NCBI RefSeq assembly: GCF_963921235.1
Contig: NC_086097.1
Span: forward strand, 88,910,001-88,974,000
DNA length: 64,000 nt
Direction: 5' to 3'
DNA from: Mobula hypostoma
Lineage: Eukaryota
The notes under the pieces are model-generated. The model saw nothing but the letters and a program-made list of their open reading frames with translations, was not told the origin of the DNA and ran no database searches. A program made the translations under genes and the position numbers. How positions within the stretch are numbered: position 1 is the first letter of the stretch; each line of letters opens with the position of its first letter. Below, piece after piece: positions 1 through 12,199 of this stretch.

Positions 1-2828
1 ACCAGTCCTATTTTGCGTAATTGTTGTAACATTTGTTGTCTTTCCTGTGCAAATTTCCTGCATGAAATAAGGATATGCTCTACTGTTTCAGTTTCCTGAC
101 ATAGATCGCAAAAATCTGTTGGATATTTATTTATGATGGCCAGAGTGCCATTAAGGTTGCTGTGCCCAATTCTCAGTCTACTTATAATTACTTGCTCCTT
201 CCACTTTACTCCCCTACTTCTTCCCATATCTACTCTGTTCTGAATTGAATGTAAATGTCTTCCTTTTATTGCTCTATCCCAATGTTGCTGCCACTGTTGA
301 TTTATCCCTCTCCACATTATGCTCTTCCCTTCTTATTTTGATAGTCTAATATTGACCTCTACAGATCCGTTTTTGACTGCTGCTATTGCCAGCCTATCTG
401 CTGTCTCATTTCCCATAATACCTGAATGTGCTGGAACCCACATGAATGCGATATTTTTGCCTTGTCTAGCCAGTCTTGAATTTGCAAACAGGATTTCATA
501 AAGCAGATCCTGGTGACCTCTAGCTGTACCCGTCTTAATGCTTGCAAGGGCCGATACAGAATCGTTACATATCACGATATTATTACAATCAACCTACTCA
601 CTCCATTCTAGTGCTAACAATATGGCAAACATTTCAACTGCATATACTCTCTAACAATCAGGTGTTCTCTTGCTAACTTCCACTTGATAACTTGACAATT
701 GCAGACCCTGTTGCACCTGTTTCTGGATCCTTTGATCCATCCGTAAAAATCTGTACGCCTTTATAGTTGCATTCCCTATAACTATGATATTCACTGAGTA
801 TATCAGCTGTCTTATTACTGTGTTTAATCTTAAGCGATTCCAAATCTACAGAGGGATTTTCTAATAGACAGAAAGGTCTGACAGGCCACACCACACATGG
901 ACAAAACTCTTTATCATATACACCTATATCTTTTGCTGTTTGCTGTTCTGTCCAGCCAAAACTTTCATTTCGGTCCTCTCCTTCTCTCAGCATGTCTGCA
1001 ACACCCTTTTTGTAGGATGGCTATCACCATGCCCCCTTAAATTAATCCAGTGATTGGCCTCCAGCTGTTTACGCCACAGCCCCAGTGGCATTTCATTTGC
1101 CTCAACTTGGAGTGCACACACTGGGGAAGTTCTAACCGCTCCCAAGCACACCCTTAGAGCCCGAGCTTGCACGATATCCAGTTCTGCCAGCACAGATTTT
1201 GCTGCTGACCCGTGTACAATACTTCCATAGTCTAATCTTGATCTCATTAATGCTACATAAATATACTGCAGTGATGCAAAATCAGCACCCCATTCCAATC
1301 CAGCAAGACACCTCATGACATTTATCACATTTTTACATTTAGTAACTACATATCTAACATGGTCTCTCCATGTTAATCTCAGGTCAAAGTGCACTCCCAA
1401 AACCGAAAACTTTCAACTCTCTCCAGATACTTCCATACAGCTTCAAATTAAGTCCCCTGAACTTTTTCCTTGTAAAGAACATGGCTTTTGTCTTATCCAC
1501 TGAAAATTTAGCACCCCACTTTGTCCCCCACTCTTCAACTTGATTAATTCCATCTTGCATTTTCATAACTATACGTTCAATATTTCTCCCTCTTTTCTAC
1601 AAAGCCCCATCATCTGCAAACAATGACCTCCCCACTTCTGTTGGAATATTTACGAATATATCATTTATCAAAATGGAGAATAAAGTTGGACTCACTACAC
1701 TCCCTGATGCGTCCCATTTTCTACAATATACTGGCTTGATAGCTCTGATCCTATCTTCACCTGAATAGTTCTCCCGTTTAGAAAGTCCTTAACCCAATTG
1801 AACATCGCCCCCCCCCACAATTCCCATTAAATGTAGTTTGATTAGGAGCCCCTCTTTCCATAACATATCATAAGCTTTCTCAACATCAAAAAAACTGCAA
1901 CCACTGTCTCTTTATTTACTTGAGCTTTTCTTATTTCATCCTCTAGACACAACACTGGATCCATAGTATTCCTTCCTTTCCTGAACCCGCTGTGATACAT
2001 AGCCACCATACCTCTACTTTCCAAGTAGTACACTAACATCTCATTTATCATACGTTCCATAAGTTTACATACATGTGACGTCAAGGCAATTGGCCCGTAG
2101 TTTCCTGGCCTGCTGGCATCTTTCCCAGGTTTCCTTATTGGAATAATTATTGCCTCTTTCCAGCTCCCTGGTATTCTCCCTTCATCCCAGACTTTGTTAT
2201 ACAGAAGCAGTAGTTTCTCCAGACTTCCTTCACTCAAGTGTTTTATCATACAATAACGTATTTCATCTTTACCTGGTGCTGTCTTTCCTGTTTTATCTAG
2301 TGCCTTTCTTAATTCTCCCATGCTGAAAGGGACATCCTGCACACTGTCAAGGTTAGTTTTCCTACATAAAGCCTCGATATTTTCAGCTTTTGTTCTCTCT
2401 CTACCTTTTCTTCCCTTCTCAGACAAATTATCAGAACTACGTACCATAACAAAAGTGTTTGCCAACAATTCTGCCTTTTCCTTATTTGTTACTGCAGTCA
2501 CATTTCCATTAACCAGAACTGGGTACCTCCACTCTCTCCTGTCCCCTCCCATCCTTTTTATCATCCCCCACACCTCTCATACTTGTGTTGTGTTTCCAAT
2601 TGAATCACAATACTTTCTCCAGGGGGTTCTTTTAGCATGTCTTATTGCCCTCCTTACTACTGCCTGAGCTTGTTTGTACTGAATCATATGTTGGAAGTTA
2701 TGAGTTCTTTTAACCAGTTTAAATGCCTTATTTCTATTTCTCACTGCTTCCTTACAATTATCATCCCACCATGGTATTATTCTCTTCTTTGTTCTTCCTT
2801 TACTTTTAGGGACTATTTTAGGGACTAT

Positions 2829-3523
2829 GACGGCGAGACTATTGGCGAGACCTGACGCAGACTGGGAGACCGCTTTGCTGAACACCTACACTCTGTCCGC
2901 CAGAGAAAGCAGGATCTCCCAGTGGCCACACATTTTAATTCCACATCCCATTCCCATTCTGACATGTCTATCCACGGCCTCCTCTACTGTAAAGATGAAG
3001 CCACACTCAGGTTGGAGGAACAACACCTTATATTCCGTCTGGGTAGCCTCCAACCTGATGGCATGAACATTGACTTCTCTAACTTCCGCTAGGCCCCACC
3101 TCCCCCTCGTACCCCATCTGTTACTCATTTTTATGCACACATTCTTTCTCTCACTCTCCTTTTTCTCCCTCTGTCCCTCTGAATATACCTCTTGCCCATC
3201 CTCTGGGCCACCCCCCCCCCCGTCTTTCTTCCCGGACCTCCTGTCCCATGATCCTCTCGTATCCCCTTTTGCCTATCACGGGTCCAGCTCTCGGCTCTAT
3301 CCCTCCCCCTCCTGTCTTCTCCTATCATTTTGCATCTCCCCCTCCCCCTCCAGCTTTCAAATCCCTTACTCACTCTTCCTTCAGTTAGTCCTGACGAAGG
3401 GTCTCGGCCTGAAACGTCGACTGCGCCTCTTCCTATAGATGCTGCTTGGCCTGCTGCGTTCACCAGCAACTTTGATGTGTGTTGCTTGAATTTCCAGCAT
3501 CTGCAGAATTCCTGTTGTTTGCG
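2829..3523 (+). mobile_element. 5'-truncated Penelope-like element (GIY-YIG C-terminus + terminal repeat with hammerhead) inserted in the Nimb LINE
   Basis: 2841-3092 translates IGET*RRLGDRFAEHLHSVRQRKQDLPVATHFNSTSHSHSDMSIHGLLYCKDEATLRLEEQHLIFRLGSLQPDGMNIDFSNFR*, a Penelope-type GIY-YIG tail. A pyrimidine-rich tract and the hammerhead-containing repeat follow. Confidence 0.9.
3387..3422 (+). ncRNA. Minimal type I hammerhead ribozyme motif with intact core
   Basis: AGTC (stem I) - CTGACGA (core) - AGG GTCTCGG CCT (stem II) - GAAA (core) - CGTC (palindromic ACGT stem III, GUC cleavage triplet) - GACT (stem I'). Confidence 0.85.
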
Positions 3524-4418
3524 TTAGATATCTATCACTTTTTTCCAGAAATTTCTCTCAATTGGCTTTCTCAAGGATCCATTTCCCACCTGTATTCTCT
3601 GTGACCAATGAGGCAGAAATATTTATCTTGCACCAGATTGGGTAATGATCACTCCCTACAGTTCCTTCTTGGTACACTAACCAATCACACACTGATGTAA
3701 TGGAGTTTGATACTAATGTAAGATCAAGCACAGATTCTTTACCTGTATTAACATCAATTCTAGTACTACTGCCATCATTTAGGCACACTAAATACCTGTC
3801 ATCTAGCAACTCCTCCATTACCTGACCATTGATGTCTGTTCTGTCACTCCCTCATAATACGTTATGTCCATTAAAATCACCACACCAAACAACGTTACTA
3901 CTATTCTGCCCCTCTATCTCCTCAAGCTTGTTTAACTCTAGTCTTTTGCATGGGTTATAATAATTCACAATCACCAACTCTTTCCTTTCAGCCCATACGT
4001 TTACTACCACATACTCTTGTTCACTTCCTATACCTAGTATTCTATAAGGAATACCTTGCTTTACATAAGTTGCACATCCTCCTCCTCCCCCCTCTCTCCT
4101 GTCTCACCTTACTGTCAAATAATCATATAAAACAAACTCCAAATTAGGTTTCAACCAGGTCTCCTGGATACACAGAATATCTGGTTTTTCTCTCCTACTC
4201 GCTATAAACTGCTTGAAATCTTGTCCATAAGCAATCAGGCTTCTTGCATTCCATTGAAGAAGTAGCATTATTAGTAATATCAACCCACACATACTGTCTC
4301 TTGACTTGACCGTACCCTGAGTTCATCGTTTACTTCTTCCCATTTTAATCCTATCATATCCAAATGGTGCTCTGCAGCTTTCACAATAATCTGAATCCTT
4401 TCAGTTTTAGATTTGATC

Positions 4419-5442
4419 TCATGCGTTGCGTTTACCACTCCTGCTATAAAGGTCACCAATTTCTTCTTCTCTATCCATGCATTCTTCTTGCCTTACTTTA
4501 GCTGCCATTTGCTCTTTGCTACATCCTCCCTCATTCATTTTCTTCTGTCCTGCCAACTTGACTGCCTCAGCACATGAGACTTTTTCCTTCACCCTTATTT
4601 GCTGCACCTCCACCTCTTTTTTCAACACTTCACATCCCCAGTACACTACACTATGGTTACCTCCACAATTACAGCACTTTGGTCTCACTCCCTCTCCACA
4701 TTTTCCGTATTCACGTTCCCCACCACACCTTGCACATCTTCTCTTTCCTTTGCACACTTTGGCCACATGCCCAAACTCCTGGCAATTGAAACACCTCATA
4801 GGTTTTGGTATATATTCTCTTACACTGTATCTTAGAAATCCAAAATATAACTCCTTTGGAGGCACCTTATCCTCAAATTCTACCAGAACAGTTTCAGTCT
4901 CCCTTTTCTCTGCTCCCCTTGTCATTTTTTTTCTCACACTTCACTGAACTACTCCTCAAGTTCTCCACTAACTCCTTCATATTAACACTGAGGGGAACCC
5001 CGGAGATCACCCCCTTGCAACCATTGGCCCTTTGTGCTCCAACTCTTACAACTCTGGACACTTTGACTTTCCCAACATTAGTCACCTTCATTGCCTTCTC
5101 CATCTGCTCTTCAGTTTTACATCCTATCAGCAGGTTTCCATCTCCTAAAATTCTCGCATGGTTCACTTCCCCTACTTGCCCTCTGATAATTTTTGTTAAC
5201 TTAAGCGGATTGATTTTCCTTACTCCCCCTTCCCTCTCAAAACTTACCACTACATTTAGCAATTTTGACTTTGGGCCCCTCTCCTCAACTTCTCTTCCCT
5301 CACTTTTTGATCCACCTACACTAGACCCACCTCCTTTCTTTCTCTTCTGACCCTTCACCTTCTTGTTCTCAATCCCTCTCCCCACCTCTTCCCACTCAAA
5401 CTCCGTGCTGTTGTTGTCACCATCAGTCTCCCTCCCTGCCAT
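4419..5442 (-). pseudogene. Nimb/I ORF1 gag-like nucleic-acid-binding protein, frameshifted near 4920
   Basis: ORFs 4894..5442 and 4419..4937 join across an A-run frameshift; PKPMRCFNCQEFGHVAKVC zinc knuckle followed by two more Cys/His knuckles. Confidence 0.85.
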
Positions 5443-5460
5443 CCTATTAGAGTTTGCAAG

Positions 5461-5566
5461 GAATCGGAATCGGAATCGGAATCAGCCTCAGCCCCAGCCC
5501 CAGCCCCAGCCCCAGCCCCAGCCCCAGCCCCAGCCCCAGCCCCAGCCCCAGCCCCAGCCCGCCCCC
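5461..5566. repeat. Compound hexanucleotide microsatellite (GAATCG)n then (CAGCCC)n
   Basis: About 3-4 GAATCG units followed by about 12-13 CAGCCC units, just upstream of Nimb ORF1. Confidence 0.95.
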
Positions 5567-5569
5567 ACA

Positions 5570-5728
5570 CTTGATCCCAGGGCCACTTATATTCCCAGCT
5601 CCAAGACGAGCATCAGGTGCCTATGATTAAGCCCAACTGAAATAAGGCACAGCCCGAATACCAGGATTCCAGAGTCCACGGACCGGACCGTGAACCAGAA
5701 TGCGGACTTTACGGACTGGACCATGACA
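5570..5728 (-). mobile_element. Possible LTR 5' fragment
   Basis: Minus strand starts TGTCATGGTCC, is CpG-retaining and has a TATA-like AATATAAG; no partner LTR seen. Confidence 0.3.
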
Positions 5729-6400
5729 GTAACAAATAATGCAATTAAATGAAATAGTGAATAAATTAGAACACTTCTACAGTACTATAAAACTGTGTAT
5801 CAGTCCATAGTAGTTATGGATAGTGGATTTCATCGAGTACGCTGCCGTGTTCTTTTGATTGAACAATATCAATGCATGCACCTGGTGCAGATAATGAACT
5901 ACCTTCGTACAATGTTTTCAATGATTGCATCCTCCCAATCTTCATTGTAACAGTCAAGATGATTGTTGATACCTTCAAATTTTTTGTAGTGCTTAACTTG
6001 TTGAAATAATGAATTTGTTTCACTTTTCACTCCCGGCTGTTCCTGGCATCTCCAAGCCTGAATACTTGAAACCGCAGTGAGGAAAATAGTTCTGAATTGT
6101 CTTACTGCCAATACTCAGTGGCAACACCACTGATTTTTGAATACAAACACACACACAACCGACAGTATTTAAAAGGAGTTCACTCTTAGCATGGTGTAGA
6201 GTCTAACAGCCACACAGCTGCACACAACTGACTGTAGTTGAAAACTATATGCCAACAGCCTCCTGTCCCAATTAAGTGGCATAGTGTCCCATATAAATGA
6301 AAGGAATCTTGGCTATTTTCTCAGTTTTTTTTCTTTAAGAGTTGTCCTGAATAAGTGGTTGCTCCAAATATCCGATAGCCCAATTAACTAGAATCTGCCG
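5729..6400 (-). mobile_element. Tigger/pogo-like (Tc1/mariner) DNA transposon remnant
   Basis: Acidic C-terminal-type peptide (KFEGINNHLDCYNEDWEDAIIENIV) in ORF 5899..6111; repeated GTCC(C/T)..(A)ATTAA subterminal motifs at 6265-6395. Confidence 0.45.
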
Positions 6401-7089
6401 AACATAAAAATCAATTTAAAGACGAGTTGAACTTGTTCACCAGTGCCAACCCATTATTAAAAAAAAGGAGGTATTTATTGCTCTCCCTTTTGACAGACCT
6501 TTATTATTAACTTGCTGCCCTCTTCTTGGATAGTCGCATCTCCAGAGGGAGGAACTTTCAAGCACAACCAACCCTCTGGGGCTTTCAGTAATATGTGCAC
6601 AAATACTCTTCCAATCTATTATTATGAGGGGCTGGATGAGAAACAGACCAGACCAGAGCAAGGGAGAATCAGGCAGTAAAGGCTAGCTGAGTCTCATTCT
6701 GACTATCATATTGCAGATCTGGGTCAGTAGAGACAGGAAACTCAAAGTCCTGGTTAGAAAGTCAAGCACAGACTCCAGACCACACAGCCAGTTTGGTGCT
6801 GCCAAAGTGCTGCACAGTTTCCGCTCCCTTCTTCGGGAGGTGACAAACCAAAACCCTGCCTGGGTCCTCTTGACAGCGTTTGAAAAAGAATGAGGAGCAC
6901 CCAGCATGAGTTAGAAATATACTGTTGATCCTTTATTGTCGCTGGGTCCAGATCCAGGAAATTCCAGCCCAATAACATTGTGGAAGTTGCTTCCCCACAA
7001 AGACAGCAGGAGAAGCTGGTTGCACATCACCACCTTCTCAAGGGCAGTTAGTGATGGACAATGAATTCTGACTCTCAATGGAAAAAGAT

Positions 7090-7276
7090 GAGAAGTGAGA
7101 GTAAGAAGGTGGGGGAGGAGAGGAAAAGAAGCTTCTTCTTTTTCTAGTCCTGATGAAGGGTCTTGGCCTGAAGCGTTGACCATTTACTCTTTTCCACAGA
7201 GGCTGCCTGACCTGCCAACGCATTTTGTGTGCATTGCTTAGATTTCCAGCATCTGTGGATTTTCTTGTGTTTGTGA
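7090..7276 (+). mobile_element. Penelope terminal-repeat copy with degenerate hammerhead (7146-7181)
   Basis: AGTC CTGATGA AGGGTCTTGGCCT GAAG CGTT GACC, then the shared GCTGCCTGACCTGC...TTTCCAGCATCTG tail. Confidence 0.8.
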
Positions 7277-7845
7277 CCTCAGTCAGTAATGGATTCAGTT
7301 CACATTAAGATCCATGCAACTATAAGATATAGGAGAAGGATTAGGCCATTCAGCCCATCGAGTCTGCTCTGCCATTCAATCATGGAGAGAAAGAAACAGA
7401 CTTAATGTTTCAGTTGAATGATTTTTCATGAAGAGTCAATCCTCCTTCATGAACTTCAGGATTCTACACCATGTAGACGGTGCTGTATCGATGTAAGTAA
7501 TTGTACAATGATCCAGCCAGAAATGGGTTACTTGAGCTGATCGAAGTTTATTTTCAGAGCATAGTGGTCACTTGATCGCCGAACAGAACTTGAGATGAAT
7601 AGCTGGATTGACAAACCTTCTGTCTAGCCTTCTGCTTATGTGTGTTTCTGTTGAATATACTATACTTAAAGATTTCCTGAGAACTTGAAACTTAAGGGGC
7701 TGTACGGTTCTTTGGGCTTCTTTACATTTCTACAGTTCAAGCAAAATGGTGCTGGAGTTTCACTTTCCCACTGTTATACACCATTCTTTTCCACTTGGCA
7801 CAATGTGAAATGACATATTCTAAATTACAGAAGAGCCAGGCAGTG

Positions 7846-8090
7846 TCAGCTGTGGCTCAGTGGTAGCACTTTCAGCTCTGCGTCAGATTAAGTCAAACTT
7901 CAGAGACCAGAGTGCAAAATCTGGGCTGCCACAGTACTGAGGGAGTGTTGTGCTATTTCATAGGCAATGCTTTTTTTCACATTACCACAGCAACTAACTT
8001 CAAAAGCACCTAATTAGCTGTAAAATGCTTTGGGATATCCCATGGATATGCAAGATGCAATTCAAATCAAATTTTCCTTTTTTCTTTTTG
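7846..8090 (+). mobile_element. Ancient tRNA-derived SINE (DeuSINE/SacSINE-like), degraded
   Basis: A box TGGCTCAGTGG, CAGTACTGAGGGAGTG central block, CTTCAAAAG..GCTGTAAAATGCTTTGGGA tail and T-rich end. Confidence 0.55.
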
Positions 8091-9128
8091 GCTGTGTTTA
8101 ATCCAATGTACCTTCCCTAATCCTGGAATGCGTCACTCATGTTTTGCAGGACAGATTCTGCTCTTCTGAAGTACTTTTTCCCACTCCCAAGATCTCTTTG
8201 AACATAGAAAAGGCTCTTCGGCCCACAATGCTGTGTGGAACTAATTAAATTCCGAATTAAACTAATCTCTTTTGCTCCATTCTCTGCATATTCATATATG
8301 GTATGACTGCCTAAGCCTCTTAAATGCCTCTTTCATATCTGCCTCCACCATCTTTCAATTAGATTAATGCTGATCTATATTTCACTTTGGTTTAGCGACC
8401 TTCAATCTACAACACATTGTTTGCCTACCAGCAATTGATCACTCACAGCTTTGAAGATTTTTAGCCATTTATCCTTAAGGGGAAGATAACACCCCTCCAA
8501 GTCATACTTGGTGCTGACCTGGCATTTTATTGCTGGTCCTTCATCATCCCTGGGTATAAATCCTGGTGCTCCTTCCCTAGTAGCACTGTGGGAGCACTCA
8601 CACCAGACAGCAATTCACCACCATCTTCTCTAGGGCAGCTAGAGATGAGCAACAAATGCTGGCTTTGCCAGTGATGTCTGATCCAGAGAATGAATGAATA
8701 ATGGGAAACCCATTTCCCTTTGCTTTCCAACATCACCCCAACATCAACAAGACTGCACAGCACAAATTTAGAGGGATGCAAAGCTCAGAGCTGAGCCATG
8801 AGGCAGATGAGACCCAGTTCAATGTAGACAGGGATGAGATTTCTATGGTGAACTGATGAGAACATAAATGATATAGTTAAAAGGAAGATCTTCCATAATG
8901 AGTGTTAACTGTATGCTGCTGCTAGTATATAGAGAAAATAGAAACATAGCAAACCTACAGCACAATACAGGCCCTTCGGCCCACAATGCTGAGCCAAGCA
9001 TGTACTTACTTAGAAATTACCTAAGGTTACCCATAGCCCTCTATTTTTCCAAGCTCCATTTACCGTGGAGTATTGTGTTGACAAAATGTATTGTGTTGAG
9101 AGGCATGTTATCTCAACATCATCGATAA

Positions 9129-9760
9129 CATTGGACAACAAATTTACTCTCAAGTTTTGCTTCCTCAGAATTTTTTTGTTTATGATAGACTGTTTGAAGC
9201 TGAATGTAAATATAATTTCAGACTACTTGTATCACATAGAAATTTGGAGAAACAAGAAATTAACTTTTATTTAATATAATTCATTTAATTGCATAATGGT
9301 GCTGATGCTTTGCAATAGCTCAACCAAGCTAAAAAAATGTTTTGTTAATGATTTTCATTTGTACTCAGTGTCTGAGGCTTCCCACTTAAGTGTCCCACAA
9401 TAATCAGCCAGCAGTGATGGATTCCAGTTGCCCTGATACCATTTCTCCATGACCGCAATGTCCTGGTGAAACCTTTCATCATGCTCGTCGCTGACAGTGC
9501 CAAGACATGCAGGGAAGAAGTCTAAATGGGAATGCAGACAATGAATCTTTAGCGACATGTTGCACTTCATGGTTTCAGCTTACATTGCGGGCAACATTTT
9601 AATTGACTTGAATTATGAATTGAAGTAAAAAATACAGGCAATTTGTTTTCAAAAGTTGTATGCGTTAGGGAAATTTCATGGTGATTTTCATGATCAGCAG
9701 CCCAAAGTCCATTAGATACACTATAAAGTATTCAGGAAGCAAAATCTTTGTGGTCCAGTG
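9129..9760 (-). mobile_element. Internally deleted Chapaev3 (CMC) DNA transposon
   Basis: ORF 9355..9570 CNMSLKIHCLHSHLDFFP..VSDEH.ERFHQDI..MEK.YQG.W...LADYC is the Chapaev transposase C-terminal signature. TIRs CATTGGACAACAAA / CACTGGACCACAAA match 12/14; flanks are TAA / CAA. Confidence 0.8.
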
Positions 9761-11056
9761 CAATCAACAGTCATCTATTAGTAAAGATGCCATTAATCAT
9801 CTACCTTTGGGTGGACATCAGCGTGGCTCGGGCTGATGCTCCAGTGCTGATTGGGCAATGCAGGCCTTTGATGTGCTATAATCAGCATCAGGTTTATTAT
9901 CACTGACTTAATTCATGACATTTGTTGTTTTGTGGCAAAAGTTCAACGCATAATAATTACTATAAGTAAAATAAGTAAATAAATAATAATAATAAATCAA
10001 CTGAGTACTGTGCGAAAGTCCTAGATTTTTAGGTGATTTTCAGATAGTGTGGCATTCACAGAGCCCTGATCTCAGTGTCGTCAAGGCTGTCTCGGATTAT
10101 CTGGAGAATCAGAAGCAAGTGAGATAGCCAAAGTCTGCAGAAGAATTGGCAAGTTCTCCAAAATGCTTGGAACCAGCCGAATTTCTTATAAAAACTGCAC
10201 AAGGCGAAGGGTGGTCACACAAAATATTAATTTACTGTTTATTGTTCTTTATAGTAATTTTTCTGATATTTAGAAACTTTTCAATTCACTATTTTTGAAA
10301 GTGTCTTTGCTTTACAGATTTTTTTACATAAGCTTAAGATTGTTGCACAGTACTGTAGATGAATAAATAGATAAGTGAATAGATAGACAGCACGAACAAG
10401 GAATAAGTCATTAAATGATAAAACACCTGGAACAGATAGTATACCAGTAAAAAAAAATTCATCCTGAGACATTTCTATGGTTCCAGAACAGGCTGAAATC
10501 TTCTGGTCATAGCACTATACATCAGAATAAAGGGACACATTCACCTTCCACTTACATGGCATAAACAGCCCTGTGATAGTCATCGGGGCACCACCTCGCT
10601 GGCAGTAGCTGGCAATACCCTTGCCAGAACTCTGCTGAAGCACTTTGTGCTGTACATTCAGCAAGTCTGTTGCCTGAGTATCACTGTTCCCTCGAAGTTG
10701 CGCGGGTGCTGATGAAGGCTGTGAAATAGTTGAATTATAGCCAGCCTTCAGTGGTGTAAAGGAGGACTTTGTGTTGCCTTAGTAGAATAACATCCTCTAT
10801 CAAGGTTTCAGATGCCTTTTATGATTGGTATTTAGATTGACTTGAGTTAACAAGCTGATGGCAAACTTTTCGGTGCGAGGAATCTCCTGACGAGGAAAAA
10901 GTTACTGGAGATTTTCAGACTCTAGCTGTGCACAGAGGAACTCTTTCACTCTCTCTCTCTCACTACTGGACAAACAAGGTTTTGGAAATAAGATCTGAAA
11001 CTCAATCTCACTTTCCTGCAACTTAATACCAAGAGGTCCAATTAGTTAAGAGGTTC

Positions 11057-11228
11057 TACAGATGCTAGAAATCTTGAGCAACACTCACAAAATGCTGGAG
11101 GAACTCAGTAGGTCAGTCAGCATCTATGCAGGGGAATGATGAAAAGTCTCGGCCCAAAATGCCAGCTGTTTATTTCCTGCCATAGGTGCTGCATAGTCTG
11201 CTGTGTTAATCCAGCATTTTTGTGTGTG
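11057..11228. mobile_element. Inverted pair of Penelope terminal-repeat fragments with decayed hammerhead
   Basis: CACAAAATGCTGGAGGAACTCAG..CAGCATCTATG (11086-11128) is mirrored by CATAGGTGCTG..CCAGCATTTTTGTG (11181-11224); core remnant TGATGA..GTCTCGGCCCAAAA in between. Confidence 0.75.
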
Positions 11229-11469
11229 AGGTCCCATTACTTGTCTGAAAGTTCTGATGATGAGATGTCCTGATAAGTGGCTTAGATAGTCTGCTTAGGG
11301 AACCATTGCTGGGAGAGTGATTTCACACCCAAATGCAAACTCTGCACAGAATAATCTCCACCTCACCGAACCAAAGCCACTATCATAATGTGGTCAACCT
11401 TTTTATTCTTCTGTTGAGTTTGAGCCTTATGTAGAATTAGAGGGAGACTTGATCTCCCCACTAGTTCTA

Positions 11470-11932
11470 GTTCACACGTGATGAATGATTTACACCAATG
11501 TTGCCAGGACTTGAAAGAATGAGTTATAGGGAGAGGTTATATAGGCTAAGATTTCTTTTCCTTGCAAAGTCAGAGACTAAGAAGTGATCTTATCAAAGTG
11601 TATAAAATTATAAGGTGCACAGATAGAGTGAATGCATGCAGTCTTTTTGCTGGAGTAGGGAAGTCAAGAATGAGAGAGCACAGATTTAAGGTGAGAGGGC
11701 AAATAACATGAGGGAAAACCTTTTTACACAGAGTATATGGATATGGAACAAGCTGCCAGAGAAAGCAGTTGAAGCTGATACTATAGCAACTTTGAAAGAC
11801 AGTTGGACATTTGGAAAGGAAAGGTTTAGAAGGATTTGTGCCAAACACTGGTGAATGGGACTAGCAGATGGACACCTTGGTCAGGATGGACTAGATATTG
11901 GCCTGTTTCCATGGTGTATGACTCAATGTCTC
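11470..11932 (+). mobile_element. CR1 LINE 3' fragment, old
   Basis: Decayed FT..LPGL..LSYRERL..L / R.DLI.VYKII coding remnant and CR1 3' UTR (GGCCTGTTTCCATGGTGTATGACTC). Confidence 0.75.
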
Positions 11933-12199
11933 TAATAGTAATTTTCCATTTGACAATGAACATTCCTTGGCTAGTGACAACTTTGGTCTGGCCATTTATG
12001 ACGGGAAGACAGAACCGCCTAGCACTAGAATGCTTTCCATGCAACCTACCATCAAAGTGAACTGCTATCCCCAAACTCTCAGACATTCACTTATCTCGAC
12101 AATATAATCCACATTGTTGATTAAATCAGATTTGCCAATGCAAGTGTGGCCTCCTGCAGATCACTTGCAAGCCAGTGGAAAACAGAAGGATTCATCCAC

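Larger units (their letters stand above)
1..4292 (-). pseudogene. Nimb/I ORF2 (APE endonuclease, reverse transcriptase, RNase H), disrupted and interrupted by a Penelope insertion
   Basis: ORF fragments 4104..4292, 3558..3818, 2577..2885, 1842..2573, 1384..1566, 987..1400, 673..993 and 333..575 carry consecutive domain motifs. Confidence 0.88.
1..5560 (-). mobile_element. Nimb/I-clade non-LTR retrotransposon (ORF1 + EN-RT-RNase H ORF2), degraded; 3' end runs off the window
   Basis: Minus-strand ORF pieces in the expected order: ORF1 with CCHC knuckles (CFNCQEFGHVAKVC, CARCGG, CCNCGGNH); APE endonuclease (QWNARSL, CIQETWL, DLTLVS, GSDHYPI); RT (PIALTSHVCKLMER, GFRKGRNT); RNase H (FTDGSK, WVPAHSGIMGNETADRLA); C-terminal CxxC..H..C near 50-180. 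Many stops and frameshifts. Confidence 0.9.

Noticed and set aside
5355..5626. Poly-GA / poly-QP ORFs and resemblance of GGGCT to immunoglobulin switch repeats
   Set aside because: Only a ~100-bp hexamer microsatellite; no Ig exons nearby.
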